In this document: positions 42,415-55,377 of the stretch, one piece after another
Numbering within the stretch: position 1 is the first letter of the stretch
Layout of the letters: each line of letters begins with the position of its first letter
NCBI GenBank assembly: GCA_964016885.1
Contig: OZ024740.1
Coordinates: forward strand, 187,984,001 to 188,048,000
From: Eledone cirrhosa
Taxonomy: Eukaryota
Length of the DNA: 64,000 nt
Direction of reading: 5' to 3'
Program-made: the position numbers and the translations under genes
Notes under the pieces: model-generated
What the model saw: only the letters and a program-made list of their open reading frames with translations
Databases searched by the model: none
Told to the model about the DNA's origin: nothing

Positions 42415-42969
42415 TGTTATACTTTGGGAGGATCATGTTGCCAATAAGAAACACACGCACCAGTTGCTTTCACTTCAATTTATTATAATAAATTTATAAT
42501 AAATTTATAAGTTTATAAATTTCTGGTTGGTTGGTTGGTTCCACAACCAGATAGTTGTTTATATATAGTCATAGTTCTTTCGTCACACACTCTGTGACCT
42601 CTTCAGTGAGTGGGAATTCCTTTCTTTGTTTCTGTGCCTCTCCTTTGTTCTGTCCTACGCCATGTTGTTACTGTGTGTGTTGTGTGCTCAGTCTGCGCAT
42701 GCGCCACATCCGGGTGTCTGTGTGTGTTTATGTTCATTCATTTATTTGTTTATTTACATATTACTGGTTGGTTGTTTGTTCTATGTGTGTGTGTGTTTTC
42801 ATTTTGTCCGTAATTGTAAGTTGTGATGTTGCTGTTCTGCTCATATTTTCTATTTAACCAACCAACCAGAAATTTATAAATTTATTATAAATTTATTATA
42901 ATAAATTGAAGTGAAAGCAACTGGTGCGTGTGTTTCTTATTGGCAACATGACCCTCCCAAAGTATAACA
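42415..42969. mobile_element. PLE pseudo-LTR-derived element with ~115-125 bp terminal inverted repeats (TGT...ACA, ATAT flanks)
   Basis: atat|TGTTATACTTTGGGAGG...CCTCCCAAAGTATAACA|atat. The terminus matches the 3' end of the PLE at 58896, and an internal hammerhead is present. Confidence 0.85.
42567..42611 (-). ncRNA. Minimal type I hammerhead ribozyme
   Basis: actca-CTGAAGA-G-GTCACA gagtg TGTGAC-GAAA-GAAC-TA-tgact. Confidence 0.7.
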
Positions 42970-43133
42970 ATATGTATATATATATATATATAAATATATA
43001 TATATGTAGGAGGTGAGTTTTATTGTAGTACAATAAAGCAATGCAGATATCGGATAAGAAGCACTCTACAGTTTGTAGAACTGGAGTATACATAATATAT
43101 AAGAACAGAAGATGGTTAAAGGAGTTCCATGTA

Positions 43134-43200
43134 TTTTATTATGTGCATTTCAAAAACAAACATCATCATGCAATAATATTTGTGTTTTCATCAGATAAAA
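43134..43200 (-). ncRNA. Type I hammerhead ribozyme (mirror copy)
   Basis: Reverse complement of 43348-43414, with TGCACA in stem III. Confidence 0.75.
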
Positions 43201-43347
43201 CAGGAGGACATGATATGAAGGCTAAAAAACACTTGTGGATAGTGCAGTTTTAAATCAACATATGAGAAGTAGTTTTAGATTCTCATATGTTGATTTAAAA
43301 CTGCACTATCCACAAGTGTTTTTTAGCCTTCATATCATGTCCTCCTG

Positions 43348-43414
43348 TTTTATCTGATGAAAACACAAATATTATTGCATGATGATGTTTGTTTTTGAAA
43401 TGCGCATAATAAAA
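43348..43414 (+). ncRNA. Type I hammerhead ribozyme with palindromic stem III
   Basis: TTTTAT-CTGATGA-(AAACACAAATATT...ATGTTTGTTTTT)-GAAA-TGCGCA-TA-ATAAAA. Confidence 0.85.
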
Positions 43415-43458
43415 TACATGGAACTCCTTTAACCATCTTCTGTTCTTATATATTATAT

Positions 43459-43524
<66 letters not shown>

Positions 43525-43619
43525 GCGTATATATATATATATGTATATATATGTATATATATATGTGTGTGTATATATATGTATATATGCATATATATGT
43601 ATATATATGTGTGTGTATA

Positions 43620-43673
<54 letters not shown>

Positions 43674-43755
43674 TATGTTTATATGTATATATATATATAT
43701 ATGTAGATATATGTATATATGTATATATATATATATAGGTATATGTATATATATG

Positions 43756-43788
<33 letters not shown>

Positions 43789-43821
43789 GTATATATATGT
43801 ATATATATATACATGTATATT

Positions 43822-43853
<32 letters not shown>

Positions 43854-44002
43854 TATATACATATATATATTAGGGGGATATATACATATTATATATATAT
43901 ATATTATATATGTATATATATATATATATATATACATATATATATTAGGGGGATATATACATATATATATACATATATATATATACATATACATATACAT
44001 AT

Positions 44003-44084
<82 letters not shown>

Positions 44085-44085
44085 G

Positions 44086-44170
<85 letters not shown>

Positions 44171-44218
44171 GTATATGTATATGTATATATATATATATGT
44201 ATATATATATGTATATAT

Positions 44219-44929
44219 CCCCCTAATACTAACCATAATAACAGGAAAAGGAAGATTATTTTGTTCACACCCCCCTTCTCTCTAACTGTCAAAACTAATG
44301 TAGGAAGGAAATTCCTTGAAATATTAGACAAACATTTTCCTCCTATTCATAGATATTATAAGATTTTTAATAGGAATCTAGTTAATATCAGCTAACCTTG
44401 TTGCCCATCTATGAAGTCCAAAATCACCAGTTCAAACCGTACGAGGATAAATCCAGGATGCAGTTGCAGGAAGCCGGATGAATGCCCATTGCAGGGTAAA
44501 TGTAACACAAAATCTGTCGTTTATGAGGCTAAGATAACGCCAGTAATCAACAACCAGCCAGCCAGGAGTGAGCGATATGTTGGTATGACCCAGGACAGGT
44601 TTAAAACCAGATTTTACTCACATGTCGCTTCTTTTAAGCACTCCGATAAACGAACATCAACGGCCCTCGCAAGTAAGGTATGGGATCTCAAGGATAGTAA
44701 CATCCCGTACTCTATTGATTGGTCTATATTAGACCATTCGAGGGAGTACCAAAGGGGCACAAAGAATTGTTCTTTGTGTACCACAGAAAAGTATAGGATT
44801 TTGCTAAACTTGAGAGCCACTTCCGCTTGCCTTAACTCAAAGACTGAGATCTTCAGATGCTGTCCTCATCTGAAATCGCATCTGATCTGTAACTGGATTG
44901 ACACTCCTACGAGAAATCAACCGCCTTGA
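44219..44929 (+). mobile_element. 5'-truncated Penelope-like element: linker plus GIY-YIG endonuclease (one in-frame stop at 44393)
   Basis: [47 protein letters not shown]...YVGMT..FKTRFYSH, CSLCTTEK, LNSKTE..CPH. Possibly Nematis-type (clade assignment from memory). Confidence 0.9.
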
Positions 44930-45285
44930 ACTCCTTTTCTGCTCTTTACTTTTGCAACGATTTTTATTTTGCTGACTCTACCTTCTGTACTCTTGTATAT
45001 TTACAAAATAATTTTTTTCTCCCTTACCTCCCCTTATATTTTACCTTCTCTTATGCCCCTCCCCCCCATATATTCTTTTTGTTTTGCCCTTCACATACCT
45101 ATGTGTATGTGTATGTATTTTTGTGTGTATATATATATGTATATATACATATATATGTATATATGTATGTATATATTTATGTATATATATATATATATAT
45201 ATGCGTGTGTGCGTGTGTGTATGTGTGTATATAATTGTATATTTGTGTGTGTATATGTATGTATATGTGGATAAACCAGGCTTTT

Positions 45286-45344
45286 TTTCATTCTGAAGAT
45301 TGAAGGAAACTTTTTTTGCTTTTAAGAAACCTCTGGTGAATGGA
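45286..45344 (+). ncRNA. Hammerhead motif in the PLE 3' UTR, probably inactive (GUG site)
   Basis: ttcatt-CTGAAGA-ttgaagg...cttttaa-GAAA-CCtctGG-TG-aatgga. Confidence 0.7.
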
Positions 45345-45475
45345 TTAATTGCCTTGTGTTGCTTTATTACTTTACTACTATATATAAGTTTATGTAAGGT
45401 TCATTTGTCTTATCTAATACTGAGCTTTACACATACACACATGTATATGTGTGTGTGTATGTGTATGCATGTGTG

Positions 45476-45532
<57 letters not shown>

Positions 45533-46282
45533 GATCGAGTATCGAAAAATCAGCGCACGAGTTCACGATGAACAATATTCGAAATGAGCGGCAGAGGGCT
45601 CAATAATCACATATATGTGTATGTATGTATATGTGTGCGTGTGTATTTATTTATTTTTATGTATGTGTGGGTGTGTGTGTGTGTGGGTGTGTGTGTGTGT
45701 GTGTTTGTATTTGGTTGTGCGTGCTTTTGATATATACGTATTTGCATGTGTATAATTGTTTAGCTATGTATGTATATGTGCGTTTACGTATATATATGTG
45801 TGTGTGTGTGTGCGTTTATATTTTTATATTTTTGTATGTATATATATATACATATATATGTGTGTGTGTGTGTGTATATAATTACATATACATGTGTGTG
45901 TTTATATTATATACGTGTGCGTGTTTGTGTATGTATGTATATGTACGTGTTTATGTATTTGTAAATGTATATTTATGTGTGAGAGTGTGTGTATGTGTTT
46001 AATATTTCGTACGTATGTATATGTGCTTTTGTGTGTATTACTTACCACGCGTGTCTGTCCTGTTAGCTGGGGCATGTATCGGTGTCAAACATTTTTTAAT
46101 ATATATTTATATATTTTTTCTTATATTTATTTGCGTGTGTCAATATGTAGAGGAGTGCATTCATGTATGTGTATGTATGTACGTTGTATGTTTGTGTGAA
46201 TGTATGTGTATATATATGTGTGTGTGTATGGCTATGTTTGTGTATGTTTATGCTTGTACACACACATGTGTGTGTGTGTGTA

Positions 46283-46321
<39 letters not shown>

Positions 46322-46348
46322 GTACATATATATATATGTGTGTGTGTA

Positions 46349-46381
<33 letters not shown>

Positions 46382-46665
46382 ATGTATGGATGTATGTATG
46401 TGTATATGTGTGTATATATGTGTATGTGTGTGTAGGTGTACGTTTTATATATATATATATATGTGTATATGTATATGTGTATGCGTACATTTATATATAT
46501 GTATATATGTATGTGTGTGTAAGTATGCTTTTGTGTTTTTGTGTGTGTGTGTTTGCATGTGTAGTTTTATTTTATTTTTCCTTTCCTTCTCCCTTTTCCA
46601 GCCTCACTTTCATATAGATTGCATTTTTGTTTTTAAAATCCAAATTCAATAAACAAACCAGGATT

Positions 46666-46725
46666 TTTCATTCTGAGGATTGAAAGCAAAACCTTTTGCT
46701 TTTAAGAAACCACTGGTAAATGGAA
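46666..46725 (+). ncRNA. Type I hammerhead ribozyme, intact paralogue of 45286-45344
   Basis: TTTCATT-CTGAGGA-TTGAAAGCAAAA cc TTTTGCTTTTAA-GAAA-CCactGG-TA-AATGGAA, with a GUA site. Confidence 0.85.
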
Positions 46726-46805
46726 TAATTGCCTTATGTTGTTTATTACATAATAATAATATATGTATATATATATATTTATATATATATATTTATATAT
46801 ATATG

Positions 46806-46860
<55 letters not shown>

Positions 46861-46867
46861 GTATATG

Positions 46868-46901
<34 letters not shown>

Positions 46902-46929
46902 TATGTATAAATATATGTATATATATATT

Positions 46930-47164
46930 GGGGTCGATTAGAAAAAGCTCAAACTTTATTCTCTCCAACTGGCCCTGCACTTCAATTGGCCCTGCACTCT
47001 TTAACATTACACCAAGACACATCAAAGCAGAGACAGACCCCATCAAGGTCAAGAAGTCTTTGTATAAATTCCTTCAAGAAATCCCAGATAAGCCTCTTAC
47101 ATCCGGATATGCCTCTGTAAACAATAACTCTCTGCTCGAGCGGGCCATGGTGCCCAAACACTGA
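46930..47164 (+). mobile_element. C-terminal ORF2 fragment of a CR1-like LINE
   Basis: [13 protein letters not shown]...[18 protein letters not shown] fits the CR1-group C-terminal pattern GP.LFN.LP..IR..FK..LD.FL..IPD.P. Confidence 0.65.
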
Positions 47165-47760
47165 TTTGTAAGACTTTTTGATTGCCTGTGCTACCTTAGT
47201 GTCATCAGCATAACTAGTGAGGGATGTTGTCGTATGTACTACAGAGGGCATGTCTGGGAGAGCCAACAAAAATAGTAGTGGTCCCAGGACTGTCCCTTGG
47301 GGCACCCCACTTGTTATTGATGTTTCCTTTGAGAGGGCCCCGTTTGCTGTGACTGTCTGGCTTCTGTCCTTTAAGAAGTCATGCAGCCACTCACCTACTT
47401 TTCCAGTTATGCCGTGTCCATGTAGTTTGTGACATATTATTCCATGGTCGACCTTGTCAAAGGCCTTCGCAAAGTCAAGATATATCATGTCCACATGTGA
47501 GCTGTCTAGCAGTTGTTTCAGTACCCAGTCGTAGTGATGTAGCAGCTGTGTAAGAGCTTCTCCCTGGGCGAAAGCCATGCTGCATGCCAGACAGACGGTC
47601 ATTTTCCTCGAGGAAAGTGATCAGTTTCTTTCTGATGACTCGTTCCATGACCTTACTGATATGCGAGATCAGGGACACTGGCCTATAGTTTTTGGCCTCC
47701 GCTCTGCTACCTCCTTTATGGATAGGGCATACTGTGCCTTCTTTCGCCGGTGTTTTTTGC
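47165..47760 (-). mobile_element. CR1-like LINE RT fragment (frameshifted)
   Basis: PIHKGGSR..KNYRPVSL, QHGFRPGRS, IYLDFAKAFDKVDH, SGVPQGTVLGPLLF, YADDTKV. Confidence 0.92.
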
Positions 47761-47863
47761 ATAGCTACCCCCTTCTAAATGTTTACCTGTAAACATAATG
47801 TGTTTCTTTAGAAATATGAAATTTCTATACATATCTCAATACAGCTATGACTGAACTAAATCC

Positions 47864-47900
<37 letters not shown>

Positions 47901-48034
47901 TAAAATAACAGATTAAAGTTTAAGCAAAGTATCGCTGCTTTCACCGTTAACGGGATCTTCTGAAACTAACAAAGTCAATCTTAGTATTTGTGTCACAAGA
48001 TTTCTCATCTGAAAATGTGTGTTGCAACAAATAT

Positions 48035-48120
48035 TGTTATAGTTTGGGAGGGTCATGCTGCCAATATGAATCACAGCTATTGGTTTTCACTTCAATTTAT
48101 TACAAATTTCCTGTTGGTTT
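48035..48120 (-). mobile_element. Solo copy of the same PLE-type terminus as 42415 and 58896
   Basis: tgttatagtttgggagggtcatgctgccaata...ttttcacttcaatttatta. Confidence 0.75.
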
Positions 48121-49559
48121 AATAACCGGTTCATTACTTATTTATTATCTACTAAATTTCACTCCCAAGGCATTAGTCAACTCATTGTTGAAGAACACAC
48201 TAAACCAACGTGCCACTCAGTGCAACTTATCTTGAAGCCATGTGGTTGTGAAGGGAACTTATTAAACATTCAGCTGTGACTGTTAAGATTTTGGACATAA
48301 GTTATTGGACATAAAAAATGAACACCAATTTGAGTGAAAGAACATGGCTCTATGGTTAGGATGTTGGCTATACTATTCTAATGTAATCATTTTAATTCGT
48401 GTGTTGTGTTTCTGAGAAAAAACACTTCAGTACTGGGGCGAATTCTTCCTCTCTATCTCACTTCCAGTCTCTCACTTACTATCACTTTCTCACTTCCATT
48501 TTCACACTCTCTATCCTTTTCTGGAAGAAATCTGCTGTATTCAACCTAGAGAGGGATGGGTTTTACCAGGTACAAAAATACTCTAGAAATGCTTATGTCA
48601 ATACAGCACACCTACGACACCTTCATGGGTTACAGGACCATGCTTGCATTATAAACTCTCTACATTCGGTTATGTATGCCTAACAGAACACAACATTTTG
48701 TTTTCCTGACAGAGAATATGTGTTTGATGTAAATTCAGCAATAGAACTATATATATCAACATGGATGTAAATTGAATGTTTTCAAATTAAAATCAGAAAT
48801 AATATTATAGACTAAAGTGTTGAATATTCATGTCACAAATCGTTTGCATTTTGAGATGTTTTCTTTTAAATTTCCGAGTTTGTGCATGTGTGTACTGCTC
48901 TTGTACGATACAAGCAATTGAATTACTGCTCTATTGACATAAACATTTGTATTGTTGCTATACAATCTTATAAGTTGTTCAGCTTGCAGAGAGATATTTA
49001 AGACTGTTCAAGAGATAGTTTATCATGTTCAACTGAATACTGCAATGACAGGGTTAAGTGACATACTCAAAATACACAGCTTAGGAGTGTCATAACCATT
49101 TATCATTTAACTATTGTGATAAACGTGCACACAAACACACATTCATACACATGTGTTGCAGTTTGTAGCAAATCTATGTTATATGCATGTGTGTTTATGC
49201 TCACACAAATACCCATGAATGTATATGTATAAGAGCAATTATACTATACATAATAATAAAGTGTGGATCTCCAGCTGCCCCAAGTATCTTGTCTAACCCA
49301 TGCCAGCAGAGGAAAATAGATATAAAGATGATGATGATGATTAGTATTATATTAGTGTTTTAAATTCTTTGTGATTTGATGGTGTTTTGATGATTTTTTC
49401 CCAGTTAAAAATATTTTTGTTTTTGAATATTTGATGTTTCTTTTTAGAAAGGTAGCAACATCCTGTTAGCCAATTTATTTGGCTCATGGGTGCCTTATCT
49501 CTTTCACTTGTATATTAGCAACAAAGACTTTCAATTCCTCTAGTTCAATGTTTCACTCT

Positions 49560-49900
49560 TCCAAATATATCTACTATTTCACAGAACTTCTCCAGTTACA
49601 AAAACCTTTTAAGCATATCTCTTCCTGCTTCAGAGACATCTATTCCAAGTCACAACTATCTGAAATCATCATAATCAATAACTTTAATACTTTCAACTCT
49701 TCTTGTTCACCACACTACTCCCATACTAATGACATAGTCCAAATCTTTCACAATGATCATCTCTATATTATCTATGTAATTTCATGCTTTATTCACATCC
49801 CTGACCAACATACAAACACTCTAAATGCCCTTCATTTCATGCTCACCTCTAAAGCCAACATGTACCAAACCATCACCAAATTTGCATGTGTCTGATCATC
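49560..49900 (+). mobile_element. Decayed LINE apurinic-type endonuclease remnant
   Basis: 'EIIIINNFN' (GDFN-like), 'HIPD..NTL', 'MLTS' and an SDH codon run (tctgatcat) at about 49891. Confidence 0.35.
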
Positions 49901-49995
49901 CAACTACTATCTAATTGTGACTACTCACTACATCTACATACTGTACAACTGGACTCTTCAGTGTGCTACACCAGCTAGCTTGCAGTATATGTATT

Positions 49996-50267
49996 TCATC
50001 ATTCATTTTCATTTTACGTCCGCTTTTTCCCTGCTTGCAAGGGTGGGACGGGAACTGATTCTGGCTCGATTTCTACAGCTGGATGCCCTTCCTAACACCA
50101 ACCTCATTTACAGTGAGTGCTGGGTGCCTTTTTGCCGTGGCACCTCCACGACCACTTTGCAGTGGAATGATAGGGACCCCAGTCCCTATCATCTCATTTC
50201 TACAGCTGAGTAAACTGGAGCAATGTGAAATAAAGTGTCTTGCTCAAGGAAACAACACATCACCCGG
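49996..50267 (-). mobile_element. SINE family A, head truncated
   Basis: Near-identical to 40612-40938. Confidence 0.88.
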
Positions 50268-51639
50268 TATCAAGGCATTAATGTGTATGGGCATTCAGCT
50301 GTAGGAATGCTGCCTCAAAGGTTTTGTCTAACATATGCAGCATGAATGTGAAATCGATGATAATTAAGATTATATTACTGTTTGAAGCCAATGAATGAAC
50401 ATCTATATTTTAATTAGCTTTAGGTTGTATTGACAAAGGTATCCATTTCAATTCACCTTTCTCTGTAATCAATGTTGAATTGACAAAGCCTTTATCAATG
50501 ACTGGAGTGAAACATAGTAGACAAATAGCATATCTTAAGGGACAGTCTGCCTCATGGTCGCAGCCAACAAGATGGAGAAGACATTGTTCCGAAAGGTGGC
50601 AAGGGAGACACACTGGAACAGCCACTCCACCTAATAGTTGTGAACTCCATTCCAGTACGTTGCTTATTCATATTATTTGGAGTTTTAGAAATTAATCTTT
50701 ATATGATTGTTATAAGTATAACAAAAGCGAAAAAGATTTATTTTTGATTCATTTATTTATTTTTTCAATTTTTGATTATTCATTATATCTGAATGATGTT
50801 ATAATTTATTATACGTTTTGTACTCCAACAATTATTGAGGATGAAATTATGAAACTTGGGACTAAATGGTTTATTACACACATTTTTTATATTTATTAAT
50901 ATTTTTTAGAGAGAACTACTTCCTAGTTTTGACATTTATTTTTGATTATTATCGATTTATCCCTTTTCTAATCAGTTAATTGTTCTGTTCATTCTGCTTT
51001 TCAATTATATATTTGTCATTCCTTCAGTTCATGAAATGACTTTCATTCAATCAGTACGTTCCATAATGTGTAAATTTGAAGTTCATAGCCAACAAATATG
51101 CATTTCATTGTAAGAAAGAATAGTGAAAATCACGAGAATGAATATTATTTGTATAAGAGGTGTAATAATTATGTTGAAAAATGTTCTACTCTTTCCAAAT
51201 CATAACTACCATTGATTGCTAATTAGGTGCGATCTCATTGCACTGTATGTGGCTTAGATTTTTCTCCCTAGAACACCCATTCCCTCACTACTTCTGACTG
51301 CATGTCTATTACTTGCAAATCACACCATTGCTGCTATTGATAATAATTATAGCTATGATTTCATATAAAATCTTTTCTATACTGATGTTTTCCATGCCTG
51401 TTTTTTTCATACTTGATTCTTTATAAACAGCTTCTGTTTTTATTATTGGACTTTATAATGTACCGTTACTCTCAACTCTTGTAGAATAATATAAAGAAAT
51501 AACAACAATACCAATAATAAAATTAATAATAATAATAATAATAATAATAATGTTTACTGGTCACAACGGCCCTAGACATCTGGGATAATAAAAGGACAAA
51601 AAGATACTGAGTGGTGTTTATATCGAATAAAAGAAAGAA

Positions 51640-51850
51640 AATACATGATGATTGCGCTGCCTTTAGCTAGGAAGAGCGGGCAGATTTTATCTTCCATGGC
51701 AAACGACGTATGGTGGAGGGGACTGAAAGAGATAAAAACACACTTTCCTCTTTGGTTAAATCCCTCATTAAGTTTTTCAAGTTTCACTTGAATTGGAAAT
51801 TTAGGCTGGAGAGGGAAGTGCTGCATTCCAGCCATTTTTGAAAGGTCAAA
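51640..51850 (+). mobile_element. Decayed L1/Tx1-like LINE ORF2 C-terminal fragment
   Basis: Frameshifted reading 'MANDVWWRGLK...SLIKFFKFHLNWKFRLEREVL..F' resembles Tx1-type ORF2 ends (from memory). Confidence 0.4.
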
Positions 51851-53579
51851 GAGAGAGCATGATATTCCTGTAAATCAGAAAAAAAGAAGTGAGAGAAGGC
51901 ATTTGCATTAGTGGTCAGGGAAACCATGGCTGTTATGGGGGTTTACAACAAGTGTTCCTTGGAACTCTCCTCCCTACAGAGGAATTTTCTTTGTTATAAT
52001 TTTATTGTTATCTTTTTGTTTTCATTACTCTCCAGCTTACATGCATACATACCCATACATCAACACACTCAATGTTTTTTCCTGTACCGTCCTTAATATT
52101 ATCTTCACAAACACATATTGTAGTTAATAAAGAAATCATAATTATGATTATTATCATTATTATAATGATTATGTTTTCAACAGATTCTTATGAGGCTCTA
52201 CTGCACACCTACGAGCACCTCAGTATTACTGAGGTTTGTGCAGTTTTGTCTTTCAGGGTATAGAATGCTTTGTTGATAGGAGTCTGTTATTTTAATATTT
52301 TTATGTAGAATATGTGTTTTGTGAGTTATGTTAAAGTTATTTTGTTGGCTGGTGATTATGTAATGCATGTGTTGTGTAAATCACATTATAGTATTTGGAT
52401 CTAGTCATGAGGAGCTTCTACTGTGCGAGTTATTGACTTTAAAATGTTTGTGTAGCATATAAGCTGTGCCTAGCAGAGTTATTTTCTGGGTAGGGATCTC
52501 TAGTATATCTTTATCTTCATGTTTATTATTATCTTAATTAGCAGGATTCATAGAAATTCCACATTTTATAAATGTTAATATTTCAAGTTTGATGCATAAA
52601 TTTATAGATATTCGTTAAATTGTTTTGTTGTTAAACCTCTTGATATCAAACTGCCTGCAACCAGCTCAGGTTCTACGATACAAAACTGTTTATTTTAAAT
52701 TGTTTATATTTATCTTCCATCATAATTTTGTTAGAATCTTTATTACGTTATTCTCTAAACACCAAGTGAATGATAACACAGTTAATTATATTACTAAATC
52801 CCTCCAAATTCTTGAGTATTTTCAAAAGAATTTTTATATTAATGATTGTGTCATTAGATTAATGATTGTGTAACAAAACGATTAAATATTTCGATTATGT
52901 CTTCAAATTTGTTCCATAGATCAGGTTGAATACAGCATAGCTTTAGAAGTTATTTAATTATGTTAAATATTTCACTATGCTGTTATAAGTGTAACCCTCA
53001 AGTACTTATCACCATATGCAGAATTATATTATAGATGATTATTTCTCAGGAAATATGACAGATTGGCAAAATTATTAGAGCATCAGACGAAATGTCTTGT
53101 GGTAGTTGTTCCAGCTCTTTACATTCTGATTCCAAATACCATCATCATCATCACCATTTAACGACCATTTTTCCATGTTAGACAAATTGTCCGGACATTG
53201 TGAAACAAGTCAGATCAGATGACCATAACTTGCTCACAGAACTGTTTCTGGCTTGATTTCTATGGCTGGATGCTCTTCCAAATACCAACCACTTTTATAG
53301 TGTTGGCTGGGTGGTTTTTATCATGGCACCAAAATTATCAGCTGACAAGTTGGACTGGGTGCTTTTTGTTGTGTCATATACCACTGATGTTAGCATCTTA
53401 TGTTTGATAAAATAAATTTCCAGTCAAGTACTCGGCTTGATTTAACTAATTCCTCCCCTTGCACTTATGTCAGAAATTATTTAGGAAAAGAAATTTCCGA
53501 TGTTATGAGAACAAAGCTAATGCCAAATATATGTTTCTAATCATGACATGTCATGTGGAAACCTGATAAACTAAAAGCT

Positions 53580-53955
53580 GATTTAGGCACAAGGTCAATA
53601 ATTTTTTGGGGAAAGGAAAGTTGATCAAATCGATTCTAGTGAGATACTGTACTTCATTTTATCTACCCCATAAGGATGAATGACAAGGGCATAACTCTAT
53701 GCTGCAACGCATTTTGTCTGACAACCCAACGATTTTGCCAATCTACCACTCTTAATGATATATTGTTTCTACTTTTGGTACAAGGTCAGCAATTATTCCA
53801 GTGCATTACTGTGCATTACTTTATTTTATCGACCCCATAAGGATGAAAGGCAAAGTTAATCTCAGTGGGATTTGAACTCAGACCGTAAAGGGACATAACC
53901 CTATGCTGGAAAGCATGGCGTCCGACCCTCTACTGATACTGCCAATCCACTGCCC
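53580..53955 (-). mobile_element. Two tandem SINE family B copies
   Basis: Core at 53650-53750 (degenerate) and 53810-53950 (ttttatcgaccccataaggatgaaaggcaaagttaatc...gaactcagacc). Confidence 0.8.
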
Positions 53956-55183
53956 TTAATGAAATAATAATAATTGAAAATTATTATTATTGTTAATATT
54001 TATGTAATTTTCATGGCTTTATGTTAATATGCTCCATTGCATGCACCTTTCTATAGTTCTGATTTGTTCAGTATTGTTTTGTTATTCTTTCTCATACAAA
54101 TATTTGTATTATATCTAATTTACTGTGTTGTTGAGCCAGTTTTGTTTTCATTCTTATTTTGTTTTTGTTGAAATATTTATACCATTGGAAGGTGATTGTG
54201 TATAGGTTTTGTGTCATGTAACATGTGATAATATGATCATATGCATCAAGGTGTCAAAGCATCACTTTTACAATACTTGTTACTAGAATTGGGATAAACA
54301 AACTAAAGTGTTCAGATCCTATCATGTTTACAAACCTGAAATTGCTACAAAATTGTCACTTAAAAAATAGATGAAATACGAGTAATGTTCAGGTTTATAG
54401 AAGTTCATTCAAATAATTTTAGATGAATTGTTAGTTCAAAGTGAATTTATACAAAACTTGGAAAGTTTAGAAAGGAGTTTAACATTCATATGAAATACAT
54501 TAGTATATTAATTATTACTTCCAATTCATTTATATAAGTAACCATTTCTGTTGTGATATCACAAACCTGAGAAAGAAAATTAAAGAAGCATCCATAATGA
54601 TAAAAACAATAATACTAATTAGTAATATTGCCACATGAATACAAATTTAGGGGCAGGTCTCAAAGTGGAAAATATGTTTTCAGCCCTTTCAATCACATCA
54701 CCTTACAACCTCATTTTTGTAGGGGTTTACAACACGTCTTGGGAATTTAAACCTAGTGGGCCCACCTTCTTCAAGTTTGAACATAGACAATTTCTGTCAG
54801 AGAAATACTGAGGTAAAGTAAGTGAGAAATCGATTTTGAAGAAGAATTGACCCTGGTAGGTGACTCATACTGTATCAACCTTGATAGCATAAAATACTAT
54901 GTTCACCTTGGCAGAATTTGAGCTTAAACTATAGAGAGACTGACCACATACTACAAAGTATTCTATCTAATATTACAACTTCCAAGTGTTTCCCTATTGC
55001 TCTTTCCACAGTTGGAAGGATAACTGTACTTGTCTTTTGATGAACAGTCAATTAGCTGTGAAATGTATAAAAACAAACTTTTAGGTTTTTTTCTGTGGAA
55101 TATAACAATGTGGAATATAACATTTGTTTAAATGTTCACATCTATGTTTATAAACTATAGTTATACTTATTTTAAATTTAATA

Positions 55184-55261
55184 CAGGGTGTCCATAAATC
55201 CTGTGTGCAATTTTAAATACTTGTAGCATGTAAAACTGCATGCAGATTTATGGACACCTTG
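55184..55261. mobile_element. 78 bp Tc1/mariner-type MITE
   Basis: TA|CAGGGTGTCCATAAATC...GATTTATGGACACCTTG|TA. Confidence 0.85.
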
Positions 55262-55334
55262 TATGCCTATTTTTAATTCTAACATATGTTGTTATGCATA
55301 AATATTTATTATGTCATGTATGTATGCATGTATG

Positions 55335-55377
<43 letters not shown>

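Larger units (their letters stand above)
43006..43456. mobile_element. ORF-less foldback: 177 bp near-perfect arms (43092-43268, 43280-43456), 11 nt loop, ~85 bp left extension, in (TA)n
   Basis: Direct comparison of the arms; only one mismatch seen (atgtgcat vs atgcgcat). A hammerhead is present in each arm. Confidence 0.92.

Noticed and set aside
42415-42969. Ginger-type DNA transposon call (TGT..ACA, 4 bp ATAT TSD)
   Set aside because: The terminus and internal hammerhead match a PLE 3' UTR, and ATAT flanks are expected by chance in TA-rich targets. The call is disfavoured but not fully excluded.
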